A stretch of DNA of 64,000 nucleotides, taken from positions 1,344,001 to 1,408,000 of the forward strand of contig CAWANH010000029.1 in NCBI GenBank assembly GCA_963783375.1, written 5' to 3'. The notes below the pieces were generated by a model. It ran no database searches. It saw only the letters and a list, made by a program, of their open reading frames with translations, and had not been told where the DNA came from. Position 1 is the first letter of the stretch. Each line of letters opens with the position of its first letter. Positions 8,850-19,523 of the stretch are shown here, piece after piece. This DNA comes from Candidatus Eiseniibacteriota bacterium (lineage in GTDB: Bacteria > Eisenbacteria > RBG-16-71-46 > JABDJR01). The translations under genes and the position numbers were made by a program.

Positions 8850-9185
8850 TCAAAAGCTCGCGAGGGCTCGGGTTTCGTCGTCGAAGGACTCGAAAATCGT
8901 GTTCAGCTTGGTGACCATGAAGATCTGGTCGATCCGCTTGTTGACGTGGAGGAGTTTGAGCATCCCCCCGCTGTTCTGGAGGGTGGTGTACCCGGAAATG
9001 AGGATGCCGAGGCCGGTGGAGTTCACCCACGAGACCTTGCCCATGTCCACCAGGACCTTCTTCCGGTCGGTGCCCAGAAGATCCTTGATGGCCTTCCGGA
9101 ACTCGTCCGAATCGGGGCCCCCCATGAGCTTACCCTCCATACGGAGGATCGTGATCTCCCCGTTGTCCTCACGCTTCAGCTTCAT
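8850..9185 (-). CDS. STAS-domain anti-sigma factor antagonist (RsbV/SpoIIAA-like)
   Basis: VDMGKVSWVNSTGLG phospho-Ser motif; 111 aa. Confidence 0.92.
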   Translation of the reverse strand: MKLKREDNGEITILRMEGKLMGGPDSDEFRKAIKDLLGTDRKKVLVDMGKVSWVNSTGLGILISGYTTLQNSGGMLKLLHVNKRIDQIFMVTKLNTIFESFDDETRALASF

Positions 9186-10189
9186 ACTTCCTCCTTCGAA
9201 CCTACCGTCATCGCCCCGGGGGGGACGCCGAGCAGTCCGGCCGCCCGGCTCATGTCTTCCGCCAACCTGCTCGTGAACTCCAACCGGGCCCCGGAGACCG
9301 GATGCCGAAAGGCCAGGATCACGGCGTGGAGGGCCTGGCGATCCAGGACCCGGAGAGCTTCCCGGATCCGCGACCGCTCCGCCTCCGAGGGGGAGAACCC
9401 CCGAACCGAGCGCCCACCGTACTCCGGGTCCCCGAAGACCGGCCACCCCTGATGTTTGAGGTGGGCGCGAATCTGGTGAGTCCGCCCGGTTTCCAGGGCC
9501 AGGGTCAGGACGCTCACCCCGTTCCCCGACCATCCCACCCGATACCGGGTCGCCGCCGCCCGCCCTCCGGTCCCCACCACCCGCATCCGGCGCCGGTCGG
9601 CCCGGCTCCGGGCCAGCGATCCGGTGATTCTACCTGTTTCCGCGCCCGGCGCACCCCAAACCAGAGCCCAGTAGCGACGCGACACCTCCCGGGCGGCCAG
9701 GGCCGCCGAGAGCCGCCGGTGGGCGGCGTCGGTCTTGGCCACCACCAGGAGCCCGCTGGTTCCCTTGTCCAGCCGGTGGACGATCCCCGGGCGGAAGGGC
9801 GCCCCCACCGTGCTGAGCGGCGTCCCCCGGCCCAGGAGCGCGTTCACCAGCGTCCCCCGGCTCCGCCCCGCGCCGGGGTGCACCACCAGGCCCGCCGGCT
9901 TGTCCACCACCAGGATCGACTCGTCCTCGAACACGACGTCGAGCGGGATATCCTCGGGCTCCGGGACCACCGCCGGCGGCGGCGGGACCTCGATCTCCAC
10001 CCGCTCCCCGGCGCGAACCGGGTGACCGGCCTTGACCGCGATCCCGTCCACGGTCGCCCGGCCCTCGTCCATCAGCTTCTTGATCCGGGACCGGGTGAGC
10101 CCGGGGTCCGCCTCCGTGAGCCTTCGGGCCAGGAGCCGGTCCAGCCGCTCCCCCGCCTCAGCGCTCGTCACGCGATGACGCCATCGCAT
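9182..10189 (-). CDS. rluD: RluA/RluD family pseudouridine synthase
   Basis: S4 domain, KPAGLVVHP, GIVHRLDKGTSG, TGRTHQIR and RQALHA. Confidence 0.93.
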   Translation of the reverse strand: MRWRHRVTSAEAGERLDRLLARRLTEADPGLTRSRIKKLMDEGRATVDGIAVKAGHPVRAGERVEIEVPPPPAVVPEPEDIPLDVVFEDESILVVDKPAGLVVHPGAGRSRGTLVNALLGRGTPLSTVGAPFRPGIVHRLDKGTSGLLVVAKTDAAHRRLSAALAAREVSRRYWALVWGAPGAETGRITGSLARSRADRRRMRVVGTGGRAAATRYRVGWSGNGVSVLTLALETGRTHQIRAHLKHQGWPVFGDPEYGGRSVRGFSPSEAERSRIREALRVLDRQALHAVILAFRHPVSGARLEFTSRLAEDMSRAAGLLGVPPGAMTVGSKEEV

Positions 10190-10808
10190 GAGGGGGTTCC
10201 TCCGGGCCGGGGGGCTCCGCGTCTCCGGCTTCGTCCGCGGCGCCGGGTTCGCCCACCGAGGCCTCGTCGTCTTCCTCCCGTCCCCAGAAGACCAGCCCCA
10301 CCGCCAGCCAGCACACCCCGATGGTCACCGCGGAGTCGGCCACGTTGAACACCGGCCAGTAGAGGTCGGGGGGGATCCCGATCTGGACGAAATCGACCAC
10401 CTGGCCGGCCAGGACCCGGTCGACGAGGTTTCCGATCGCCCCGCCCAGGATGAGGCCGAGGGGAAGAATGGTGTGGAGGCGGGTGCTGCGGCGCCAGGCC
10501 ACCGTGACCACGATGATCACCGCGGCCACCGACACCGCCACCAGCACCGGGCGGCTCCCGGGGAAGAGACCGAAGGCCGCGCCGGGGTTGTGAATGAAGG
10601 TCAGCCGGACCCAGTCCCCCACGATCCGGACCACGCCATGGTATGGGATGCTCTCCACCACCATCCGCTTGGTGATCCAGTCGGCGATGAGGATGACCGC
10701 GGCCAGGGAGAGGAAGATCGCCCGGTTCCGGGTCGGAGACCCCGCCCCGGTGGATCGGGACCCGGGATCGGCCGATGGGGGCCCGGCCGGGAGCGGCGGC
10801 CGGTTCAG
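10158..10808 (-). CDS. lspA: Lipoprotein signal peptidase II (start uncertain)
   Basis: DWITK, NPGAAFG, GGAIGNLVDR, VVDF and FNVADSA. Confidence 0.9.
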   Translation of the reverse strand: MNRPPLPAGPPSADPGSRSTGAGSPTRNRAIFLSLAAVILIADWITKRMVVESIPYHGVVRIVGDWVRLTFIHNPGAAFGLFPGSRPVLVAVSVAAVIIVVTVAWRRSTRLHTILPLGLILGGAIGNLVDRVLAGQVVDFVQIGIPPDLYWPVFNVADSAVTIGVCWLAVGLVFWGREEDDEASVGEPGAADEAGDAEPPGPEEPPHAMASSRDER

Positions 10809-11185
10809 CGGGCGCCTCGCCGCTTCTCTTCCTTGGCCTTGCACTCGATGCAGAGCCGGGCCTGGGGAAGAGCCAGGAGCCGTTCCCGGCCGATGGGCTC
10901 CCCGCACGACTCGCAGGCGCCGAATTCCTTCCGGTAGAGCCGGCGAAGGGCGTCGATGGTGTCGTAGAGCATTTCCCCTTCGGCCGAGGAGCGAAGGAAA
11001 CTCATGTCCCGCTCGAAGGCGTCGGATCCCAGGTCGGCCATGTGGAACGAGTAGGACGAGAGGTCCCCCGAGGACTCCTTCACGTTCTGAAGCAGGCCCG
11101 ACTCGAGATGTCCCAGCTCCTTGATGAGCCGCTCGCGCTCCTCCAACAACTTCCGTTCGATGAGGGCCAAATCTTTCTTGTTCAT
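10805..11185 (-). CDS. TraR/DksA C4 zinc-finger protein
   Basis: Coiled coil with HMADLGSD tip; CESC...RLLALPQARLCIEC. Confidence 0.9.
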   Translation of the reverse strand: MNKKDLALIERKLLEERERLIKELGHLESGLLQNVKESSGDLSSYSFHMADLGSDAFERDMSFLRSSAEGEMLYDTIDALRRLYRKEFGACESCGEPIGRERLLALPQARLCIECKAKEEKRRGAR

Positions 11186-11255
11186 CGGGGTTCCCTTCCT
11201 CGCTCGCATCCCGAGGTCCCCCTGCGTTACCTCTTGGCCGGGCGGAGCCGGTTGC

Positions 11256-14200
11256 TCAATCCTTTTTCTCGAGTCGCACGGTGACCCGCGCCCCCTCCAC
11301 GTCCCACGCATCGTCTTCCGGAACCGGCGGGCCGAGTTCCAGCTCGTCGGCCAGAAGCTCGGCCTGCATGAATCCCCGGTGCTCCCCGGCCGCCTCGGCC
11401 AGGGGGCCTTCCGCCCCCACCCGGACCCGGACCCGGTCGGTGATGGCCAGGCCCCGCTCCTTGCGGAGGTTCTGGAGCCGGTGCACCAGCTCCCGCACCC
11501 GCCCCTCCCGCTCCAGGGCGGGGTCGAGCCGGGTGTCCAGAGCGACCCGGAGCCCTCCCTCCTCCATCGCGGCCAGGCCTTCCCTCGCGGTGGTCTCCAC
11601 CTGGATCTCCTCGCCCCCCACCCGGACCGGCTCCATACCCTCGGGGGCCACCAGCCAGGAGGCCTCGGCCAGGCCCGCCCGCACCGCCTCGGCGTCGAGG
11701 GCCTTGACCGCCGCCGCCACCCGGTTCACCTCGCCCCCGAACCGGGGCCCCAGCGCCTTGAAATTCGGCTTCAGACGCGCGTCCATCAGGGACTCGGAGT
11801 CGGTGAATTCTACCCGCTTGACGTTGATCTCGTCCCGGATCACTTCGAGAAACTCCTCGTCCAGCGCTCCTCCCCCCCCCGCCACCAGCAGCCGGGCCAG
11901 GGGTTGGCGCACCTTGATCCCGACCTGGGTGCGGGCGGCCCGTCCCAGCTCGGTGATCCGGAGCGCCCGGTCCATGGCGGCTTCCAGGGCGGGATCGCGC
12001 CGGTCGTCGCCGGGGGCGGGATAGCGCGCGAGGTGGACGCTCTCGACGGCGCCGGAATCATACGGAACCACGAGGGCCCGGTGCAGGGTTTCGGAGAGGA
12101 AGGGTGCGAAGGGGGCGACCAGCCTCGCCACCGTGCCCAGAACCTCGTGGAGGGTGGCGTATGCCGACTCCTTGTCCGGCCCCCGCTCCCCCTTCCAGAA
12201 CCGGCGGCGGCTCCGGCGCACGTACCAGTTGGAAAGCTCGTCCTGAACGAAGGCGGAAAGGGTGCGGGCGGCCCGGGTCATCTGGTACCGGCGCAGATCC
12301 TCGCGCATGGAGACGGAGACCGCGTCCAGCCGGGCCAGGAGCCAGCGGTCGAGGACCGGGCGCTCGGCGAACGGGGGCGGCTCCCCCGGGGGCGTCCAGC
12401 CGTCCACGTTGGCGTAGGTGGCGAAGAAGGACGCCACGTTCCTGAGGGTGCCGAAGAACTTCCGGGCCGCCTCGGTCACCCCCTCGCGGGCGAAGCGGGT
12501 GGTGACCCAGGGCGGGGAATTGGCGGTGAGGTACCAGCGCAGGGCGTCGGCCCCCTCCGCCTGGAGCACGTCCCAGGGATCGACGGTATTGCCCAGGCGC
12601 TTGGACATCTTCCGGCCCTGATCGTCCAGGATCAGCTCGTTGGCCACCACCGCCTTGAACGGGGCGCGTCCCTCCACCAGGGTGGCGATGGCCAGGAGCG
12701 AGTAGAACCAGCCCCGGCTCTGGTCGATCCCCTCGCAGATGAAGTCCGCGGGAAAGCTGTGGCGGAAGACGTCCTCGTTCTCGAAGGGATAGTGCCACTG
12801 GGCGAAGGGCATGCTCCCCGAGTCGAACCACACGTCGGTGACCTCGGGGATGCGCCGCATCTCCCCGCCGCACTCCGGGCAGGGGAAGACCACCCGGTCG
12901 ATGAACGGGCGGTGGAGGTCGTCGGGAACCCCGGCCCCCCGGTCGGCGATCTCCTTCCGGCTCCCGATGCAAAGGGTATGGGCGCATTCCTCCGCCCCGC
13001 AGCGCCAGATCGGAAGCGGGGTGGCCCAGAAGCGCTCACGGGAGATGGCCCAGTCCACGTTGTTGTCGAGCCAGTTCCCGAACCGGCTCTTCCCCACCTG
13101 GGGCGGGAACCAGCTCACCCCGGCGTTCTCCGAGAGCATCTTCTCCTTGAGCGCGGTGGTCCGGAGATACCAGGAGTCCCGGGCGTAGTAGAGAAGGGGG
13201 GAATCGCAGCGCCAGCAGAAGGGATAGCTGTGCTCGTGGTCCTCGCGCTTCACGAGCAGGCCCTGTTCATCCAGGAAGGCGATGATCTCCGGGTCCACCT
13301 CGCGGACCTTCCGCCCGGCGAAGACGGGGACGTCGGCGGTGAAGTGGCCGGTGGGATCCACGGTGTGGAAGGCGGGAAGGTCGAGCTTCATGCCGAGGGT
13401 GTAGTCGTCGGCCCCGTACATCACCGCGGTGTGAACCACCCCGGTCCCCTCCTCGGTGGTGACGAAGTCCGCGTCGGCCACGTAGTAGGCGCGCTTGCCG
13501 GTTTCGGCTTCGAGGTCCAGTCCCTCGAAGAGGGGCCGGTAGCGGAGGCCGACCAGGTCCGCGCCCTTGAACGTTCCTCGACCACCTCGGGGGCTTCCTC
13601 GTGGTGGGGCCGTTTCAGGACCTCCAGGCGGTCCTTGGCCAGGACGAGGTACTCGGTCTTCCCGGTGCGGGGGTTCCGCTCCCGCACCTTCACGTAGTCG
13701 ATGTGCTTCCCGACGGCCAGGGCCACGTTTCCGGGGAGGGTCCAGGGGGTGGTGGTCCAGGCCAGGATGTAGGTATCGGGCTGGTCCACCACCGGAAATC
13801 TCACGGTGACCGAGGGATCGACGACGGTCTTGTAGCCCTGGGAGACCTCGTGGTCGCTGAGCGCGGTCTGGCAGCGCGGGCAATAGGGCACCACCTTGAA
13901 GCCGGCGTAGAAGAGCCCCGCGTCCCAGAACCGCTTCAGGAGCCACCACACCGTCTCCATGTAGTCGTTTTCGAGGGTCACGTAGGGGTGCTCGAGGTCG
14001 AGCCAGAACCCGATCCGCTCGGTGATCCGGTCCCACTCGTCCTTGTACTTGAACACGCTCTTCCGGCAGCGGGCGTTGAACTCGGCCAGCCCGAAGCCCT
14101 CGATCTGGTCCTTCCCCTCGATCCCCAGCTCCTTCTCGACCTCGATCTCCACCGGGAGGCCGTGGGTGTCCCAGCCTCCCTTCCGGCGGACCTTGTACCC

Positions 14201-14473
14201 CTCCATGGTCCAGAAGCGGCAGACCAGGTCCTTCACCGTGCGGGAGAGGACGTGGTGAACGCCGGGGCGGCCGTTGGTGGTGGGCGGGCCTTCGAAGAAG
14301 ACGAAGGGCTTCTCCTCGGGGCGGTCCTCCATGGACTTCCGGAAGATGTCCCGGTCCCGCCAGAACGCGAGGACCCGCTCCTCCTCGGCGGTGGCGGAAA
14401 GCCCGGTGTCGAACGCCGGGAACGGGGGCGCAGGCTGGTCGGGCGCGTTGGGCGTGGCGGGACGGTCGGTCAT
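11256..14473 (-). CDS. ileS: Isoleucine--tRNA ligase (type 2), split by an apparent 1-nt indel near 13575
   Basis: EGPPTTNGRPGVHH, GWDTHGLPVE and WTTTPWTLP in one frame; GTGVVH, DWAISRER and KMSKRLGN in another frame. Confidence 0.93.
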
Positions 14474-15355
14474 CTAGAGACGCTCCAGCATCTTGGTGAT
14501 GAGCCGCTTCAGGGCGGGTTCGGCCGAGGCCGCGGTGGCCAGGATGCGGGTGATGTCCACCGGCTCCAGGGCGTCGGGAAAACAGGCGTCGGTGATGACC
14601 GAGAGCCCGAGCACCTTCATGCCGCCGTGCACCGCCACCAGGGTCTCGGGGACCAGGCTCATGCCGACCACGTCGGCGCCGATGCCCCGGAGGAAACGGT
14701 ACTCGGCCCGGGTCTCCAGGTTGGGCCCCGACACCGCCACGAACACGCCCTTCCGGAGGGGGATCCGCTCCTCGAGGGCGATCTCCTCGACCAGCTCCAC
14801 GAGCTTCCGGGAGTAGGGCTCGCTCATGTCGGGAAAGCGCGGACCCAGCTCGTCGGCGTTGGGCCCGATCAGGGGGTTGTCCCCCATCAGGTTGATGTGA
14901 TCGGTCACCGCCATGATGTCGCCGGGGCTCATGAGCGGGTTCATGCCGCCGACCGCGTTGGAGATGATGAGGGCTTCCGCGCCCAGCGCCCGCATCACCC
15001 GGACCGGGAAGGTGACCTCCAGCATGGAGTACCCCTCGTAGTAGTGGACGCGGCCCTCCATGGCGACCACCGGGGTGTTCTTGATCCTGCCCAGGACGAG
15101 GTTCCCGGCGTGGCTCTCCGCGGTGGAGCGGACGAAGCCGGGGATCTCCCCGAAGGGGATCCGGTCGGGCTTGTCCACCGCGCCGGAGAGGTCTCCCAGG
15201 CCGGTGCCCAGGATGAGCCCCACCCGGGGGGCGACCTTCGAGCGGCCGCGGATGAAGTCGACCGCGGTCTGGATCCGTTCGAGCAGGGAGGCGGCCGCGT
15301 CCGGAGTGGACGCGGGGTGGTCTGAGGCTGCCGGGTTCCGGGGGGTCGGGGTCAC
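14474..15355 (-). CDS. punA: Purine-nucleoside phosphorylase
   Basis: ILGTGLG, GRVHYYEG, GPRFPDMS, GPNLETRAE and VGMSLVPE. Confidence 0.93.
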   Translation of the reverse strand: MTPTPRNPAASDHPASTPDAAASLLERIQTAVDFIRGRSKVAPRVGLILGTGLGDLSGAVDKPDRIPFGEIPGFVRSTAESHAGNLVLGRIKNTPVVAMEGRVHYYEGYSMLEVTFPVRVMRALGAEALIISNAVGGMNPLMSPGDIMAVTDHINLMGDNPLIGPNADELGPRFPDMSEPYSRKLVELVEEIALEERIPLRKGVFVAVSGPNLETRAEYRFLRGIGADVVGMSLVPETLVAVHGGMKVLGLSVITDACFPDALEPVDITRILATAASAEPALKRLITKMLERL

Positions 15356-15393
15356 GTCGGTCTCCTAGGTCATGAGGCGGTTTGATTGTCTCG

Positions 15394-15440
15394 GTTACGG
15401 GGTCGTCGGCTTCCCCGGGTACGGGGTCGTCGGCTTCCCG
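15394..15440. repeat. Short tandem duplication (~24-bp period)
   Basis: tacggggtcgtcggcttccc occurs twice. Confidence 0.7.
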
Positions 15441-15465
15441 GATCGTCCTACCCGGTTGCGGGCGG

Positions 15466-16248
15466 TCAGGCGCGGGAACCGAAGAGATCGGTACCGACCC
15501 GTACCTGGGTCGCCCCCTCCTCGATTCCGATCTCCAGATCTCCGCTCATGCCCATGGAGAGCTCCGGGAACTCCCGGCCGAGGCGCTCCCGGAACCGGTC
15601 CCGGATCTCCCGGAGACGCCGGAAGGCGGGCCGGGCCGCCTCGGGGTCGTCGGCCAGGGGGCCGATGGTGAGGAAACCCCGGGGGTCCACCCCGGCCGGC
15701 GGCTCGGCCAGACGGCGGGCGAGCGCTTCGAATTCCTCCGGTTCGAACCCCCCCTTGGAAGCCTCCCCCGAGCAGTTGAACTCCAGGAGCACCGGGACGG
15801 TGCGACCGGCCCGGACCGCCTCCCCGGCGATCGCGTCCAGAAGCCGAAAGGAATCGACGCTGTCCACGGTGTCGAAGAGCGCCAGGGCCTGTTTCACCTT
15901 GTTCCGCTGGAGGTGACCGATCAGCCGCCAGGTGAGCGGCGGGCCGCTCCAGACCCGGTTGACCTCCGGGACCTTGTCGCGGGCCTCCTGCACCCGGTTC
16001 TCGCCGAAGACGCCCTGACCGGCCGCGGCCAGCTCCGCCACCCGCGCGGCGGGAACGGTCTTGGACACCGCGACCAGCGTGATCTCCGCCGGGTCCCGGC
16101 CCGCCCGCTCCGCCGCCTTTCGGATGCGGTCCCGGACGGTTTCCAGGCGGCCGGCGGGGCCGGCGTCCTCGGTGCGGCCGGAGTCTTCGGGAGGCCCGGC
16201 TTCGCCCGGTCTCCCCCGGTTCTGGGCTCGATCCCTCTCCTCGGACAT
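15466..16248 (-). CDS. yggS: YggS family PLP-binding protein
   Basis: LVAVSKT, FGENRVQE, IGHLQRNKV, LSMGMSGD and VRVGTDLFG. Confidence 0.93.
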   Translation of the reverse strand: MSEERDRAQNRGRPGEAGPPEDSGRTEDAGPAGRLETVRDRIRKAAERAGRDPAEITLVAVSKTVPAARVAELAAAGQGVFGENRVQEARDKVPEVNRVWSGPPLTWRLIGHLQRNKVKQALALFDTVDSVDSFRLLDAIAGEAVRAGRTVPVLLEFNCSGEASKGGFEPEEFEALARRLAEPPAGVDPRGFLTIGPLADDPEAARPAFRRLREIRDRFRERLGREFPELSMGMSGDLEIGIEEGATQVRVGTDLFGSRA

Positions 16249-16356
16249 GAGGCGGCAACTATACGGGAAGCGGGAATGCGGGGGAAGAGGCGGGTGGGCC
16301 CGGGGGCGGGGGGTATGGGCCGCGGGGAGGATCGAATCGGTGGAGCCGGGCCGCCA

Positions 16357-17505
16357 TCAGAACAGGGTGAGGTCCTCCGCGCCCGGCAGGGGCTCGGATT
16401 CGGACGCGAGAATGCGGGCCAACCGCTCCGGCCAGGATCGAGAGACGGAGAGGACCGCCCTCCCCCCGGTGAGTCTCCCCGGCGACCGCAGGTCAAGCTC
16501 CTGGAGGCTCCGGCGAAACTCCCGGACGAGGGTGGGATCCCACCATCCCTTGCCCGCTTCCTCGGCGAGGATGTTGAAAGCCCCCTCCACGCTGAACGAG
16601 GGGCGATAGGGTCGCGTGCTGGTGAGCGCGTCGAAGACGTCGGCGATGCTGGTGATCCGGACGAGGAGCGGTATGGCCAGGCCGCTCAGCCCCTCGGGAT
16701 AACCGGATCCGTCCAGTCTTTCGTGATGAGACAGCACGATCGGAAACACCCGGGAGAACGTGCGAAGGTGGCCGACGATCCGGGCCCCCTTGGCCGGGTG
16801 AGTCTGCACCTCTCTCCGCTCCTCCGCGGTGAGGGCGCCATCCTTGAGCAACACCGCGTCGCCCACCGCGACCTTCCCGATGTCGTGGAGCAAACCGCCC
16901 AGACGGAGCGTTCGTAGATCCCGGGGATCCAGGGCGATCGTCCGGCCGAGGGCTTCGGCGTACAGGGAGACCCGCTCGCTGTGACCCGCGGTGTAGGGGT
17001 CGCGGGCGTCGATGGAAGAGGCCAGGGTCAGGATCACCCGCGTCGCGTCCTCGAGGACGTCGGTGAAGGACTTGAGACGAACCAGGGACCGCACCCGGAC
17101 CAACAGCTCCTCCGGATCGAAGGGCTTCTTGAGAAACTCGGTCGCTCCCTCCCGGATGGCGGTGAGCTTCTCCGTCGCGACCTCGGTTCCGCTGAGCATC
17201 ATGATCGGAATCAGCCGGGTATCCGGGTCGAATCTCAGCTTCCGGAGAATGTCGTGGCCGTTGGCGTCGGGCAGGTCCAGGTCCAGCAGGATGACGTCCG
17301 GGTCGGCGACCCCGAGAACCCGCCAGAATGCCGCCCCGGAATCCGCCTCGAGCACCACGAATCCGGCCCCGGTCAGGAGCGTGCGGAGAAACTCCCGGAA
17401 GGGGCGATGGTCGTCCACCACGAGCACGACCCCACCTTGAACGGGATCATCGGCATGAAGAGAATACGGAACCGCGCTCGGTGGTTGGCCTGGGGCGGTC
17501 GACAT
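16357..17505 (-). CDS. Response regulator with HD-GYP c-di-GMP phosphodiesterase domain
   Basis: REC domain (VVDD, ILLDLDLPD, KPF) followed by GHSERV, LHDIGK and HHERLDGSGYP. Confidence 0.9.
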   Translation of the reverse strand: MSTAPGQPPSAVPYSLHADDPVQGGVVLVVDDHRPFREFLRTLLTGAGFVVLEADSGAAFWRVLGVADPDVILLDLDLPDANGHDILRKLRFDPDTRLIPIMMLSGTEVATEKLTAIREGATEFLKKPFDPEELLVRVRSLVRLKSFTDVLEDATRVILTLASSIDARDPYTAGHSERVSLYAEALGRTIALDPRDLRTLRLGGLLHDIGKVAVGDAVLLKDGALTAEERREVQTHPAKGARIVGHLRTFSRVFPIVLSHHERLDGSGYPEGLSGLAIPLLVRITSIADVFDALTSTRPYRPSFSVEGAFNILAEEAGKGWWDPTLVREFRRSLQELDLRSPGRLTGGRAVLSVSRSWPERLARILASESEPLPGAEDLTLF

Positions 17506-17771
17506 GCTGATTGTCCTCGTTGAATCCGGCGAGCCCAGTCGCTCGTGCGGACGCACGGTAGGGGGTGAACTGAACAGATTACAACTTTGATGCATTTTTT
17601 CCAATTTATTTAATTTTCCCAGGTCGTCAACTCCGTACTGCGGCGGGGGTTCGGAGGACGCGGGGACGATCGGACGGACGGGCACGGGGGGATCGAACCG
17701 CAACCGGACCCCTTCGGGTGGGGCGAGCGGGGAGGGGCGTGGCCGCTCCCCACCCCGCGCGGCGCGGCCGC

Positions 17772-18323
17772 TCAGGGCCGCTGGAGCGCGGCTTCGACCT
17801 CGTCGCGCCTGAGGCGTCCGGCCAGGACTTCGACCAGGGTGAGGGCGAAGTCCATGGCCGTTCCCGGACCCCGCGAGGTCACCACCGCGCCGTCCACCAC
17901 CACCGGCTCGCTCCTGAGGGTCACCTTCTCGAGGTTCATCTCCTCGAGCACGCCGGGGTAGCCGGTGGCGTTCTTCCCGGCCAGGACGCCGGCCTTGGCG
18001 AGAACCATCGGCGCCGCGCAGATGGCCGCGGTGAACTTCCCCGACTTCGCCATCTCGCGGAGCAGGGAACCGACGCGCTCGTCGCCGGCCAGGCGCTCGG
18101 CGCCCGGCCCGCCTCCGGGAAGGGCCACCATGTCGAAGTCCTGGTGGAGGACCTCGTCCAGGAGCACGTCGGGAAGAAGAACCGTCCCCCGGCTGGCCCG
18201 GATCGGGCCTTCGGCGAGTCCGGCCGCGACGACCTCGATCCCCGCCCGGCGGAGGAGATCGATCACGGTGACGGCTTCGAGTTCTTCGCATCCTTCGGCG
18301 AGGGGTACCAGTACGCGAGGCAT
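17772..18323 (-). CDS. DJ-1/YajL family glyoxalase/deglycase
   Basis: EELEAVTVIDLLRRAG, LPGG, AAICAAP and TSRGPGTA. Confidence 0.92.
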   Translation of the reverse strand: MPRVLVPLAEGCEELEAVTVIDLLRRAGIEVVAAGLAEGPIRASRGTVLLPDVLLDEVLHQDFDMVALPGGGPGAERLAGDERVGSLLREMAKSGKFTAAICAAPMVLAKAGVLAGKNATGYPGVLEEMNLEKVTLRSEPVVVDGAVVTSRGPGTAMDFALTLVEVLAGRLRRDEVEAALQRP

Positions 18324-18503
18324 GGGAGTTCCTTTCGATAGCGACAACGCACCCTCTACCAGAGTACCACCGCCGCGGCCCGGGTTTGAGCGCCACCCGG
18401 CGACGGGCCCGCCCGGGCTCCCGCGCGCCGCCCGCCACGCTCCGGGAATCCCCCGCCGGCGCCCTTGAGTCCCCCCCCCCGCATCTGACACGCTTCCCCC
18501 GCC

Positions 18504-19411
18504 ATGCCCGAACTCCCCGACGTCGTCGTCTACCTCGAGGCCCTCCGCCCCCGCATCCTGGGGGAGCGGCTCGAACGGGTCCGGATCGCGAGCCCGTTTC
18601 TGCTCCGGAGCGTGGAGCCGCCCGTCGCCCAGGCCGAGGGGCGGGCGGTGACCGGGCTCCGCCGCCTCGGGAAACGGATCGTGATCGCGCTCGAGGGCGA
18701 CGTCTTCCTGGTTCTCCACCTCATGATCGCCGGCCGCCTGCGGTGGCGCGATCCGGGGGCCGTGGTGCCGCGAAGGCTCGGCCTGGCCGCCTTCGACTTC
18801 CCCGCCGGCGCCCTGCTCCTCACCGAGGCGGGAACCCGGAAGCGCGCCTCGCTCCACGTGGTGCGGGGCGCCGGCGCGCTGCGCCGCCTTCGATCGCGGC
18901 GGCCTCGAGGTGCCCGAAAGCACCCGCGCGGCCTTCGCCGAGGCCCTCACCCGGGAGAACCACACCCTGAAGCGGGCGCTGACCGACCCGCGGCTCCTGA
19001 GCGGCATCGGCAACGCCTACTCCGACGAGATCCTCCACCGGGCGCGGCTCTCCCCCATGAAGCTCACCTCGAAGCTGGACGACGACGAGACGACCCGTCT
19101 CTGGGGGGCGGCGCGCGAGGTGCTCCTCGAGTGGACGGATCGCCTCCGCGCCGAGGCCGGGACGCGGTTCCCCGAGAAGGTGACCGCGTTCCGCGAGGGG
19201 ATGGCCGTCCACGGCCGCTTCCGAAAGCCCTGCCCGGTGTGCGGGACCGCGGTCCAGCGGATCGTCTACGCCCGGAACGAGTGCAACTACTGCCCGCGCT
19301 GCCAGACCGGGGGGCGGGTGCTGGCCGACCGGTCGCTCTCCAGGCTCTTGAAGAAGCGACTGGCCGCGGCGGATCGAGGATCTGGAGGAGGGGCGGAAGG
19401 CGGCGGAGTGA
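18504..19411 (+). CDS. Fpg/Nei family DNA glycosylase/AP lyase, with apparent indels near 18882 and 19357
   Basis: MPELPDV start, [17 protein letters not shown] and CPVC...CPRCQ. The C-terminus [10 protein letters not shown] lies in a third frame ending at TGA 19409-19411. Confidence 0.88.
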
Positions 19412-19523
19412 CGCGTTCCCGAGGCGGGGAGCGGGCCCCGGGATTCCGGAGGAGGCGCGGGAGGCGCCGGAGTGACCCGGGCGCGGCGGAATCGCGGGAC
19501 CGGCGCGGCGACGGCCCGGCTTC

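Noticed and set aside
13560-13590. Programmed frameshift or naturally split IleRS
   Set aside because: There is no slippery heptamer, and several similar indels in unrelated genes favour sequencing error.
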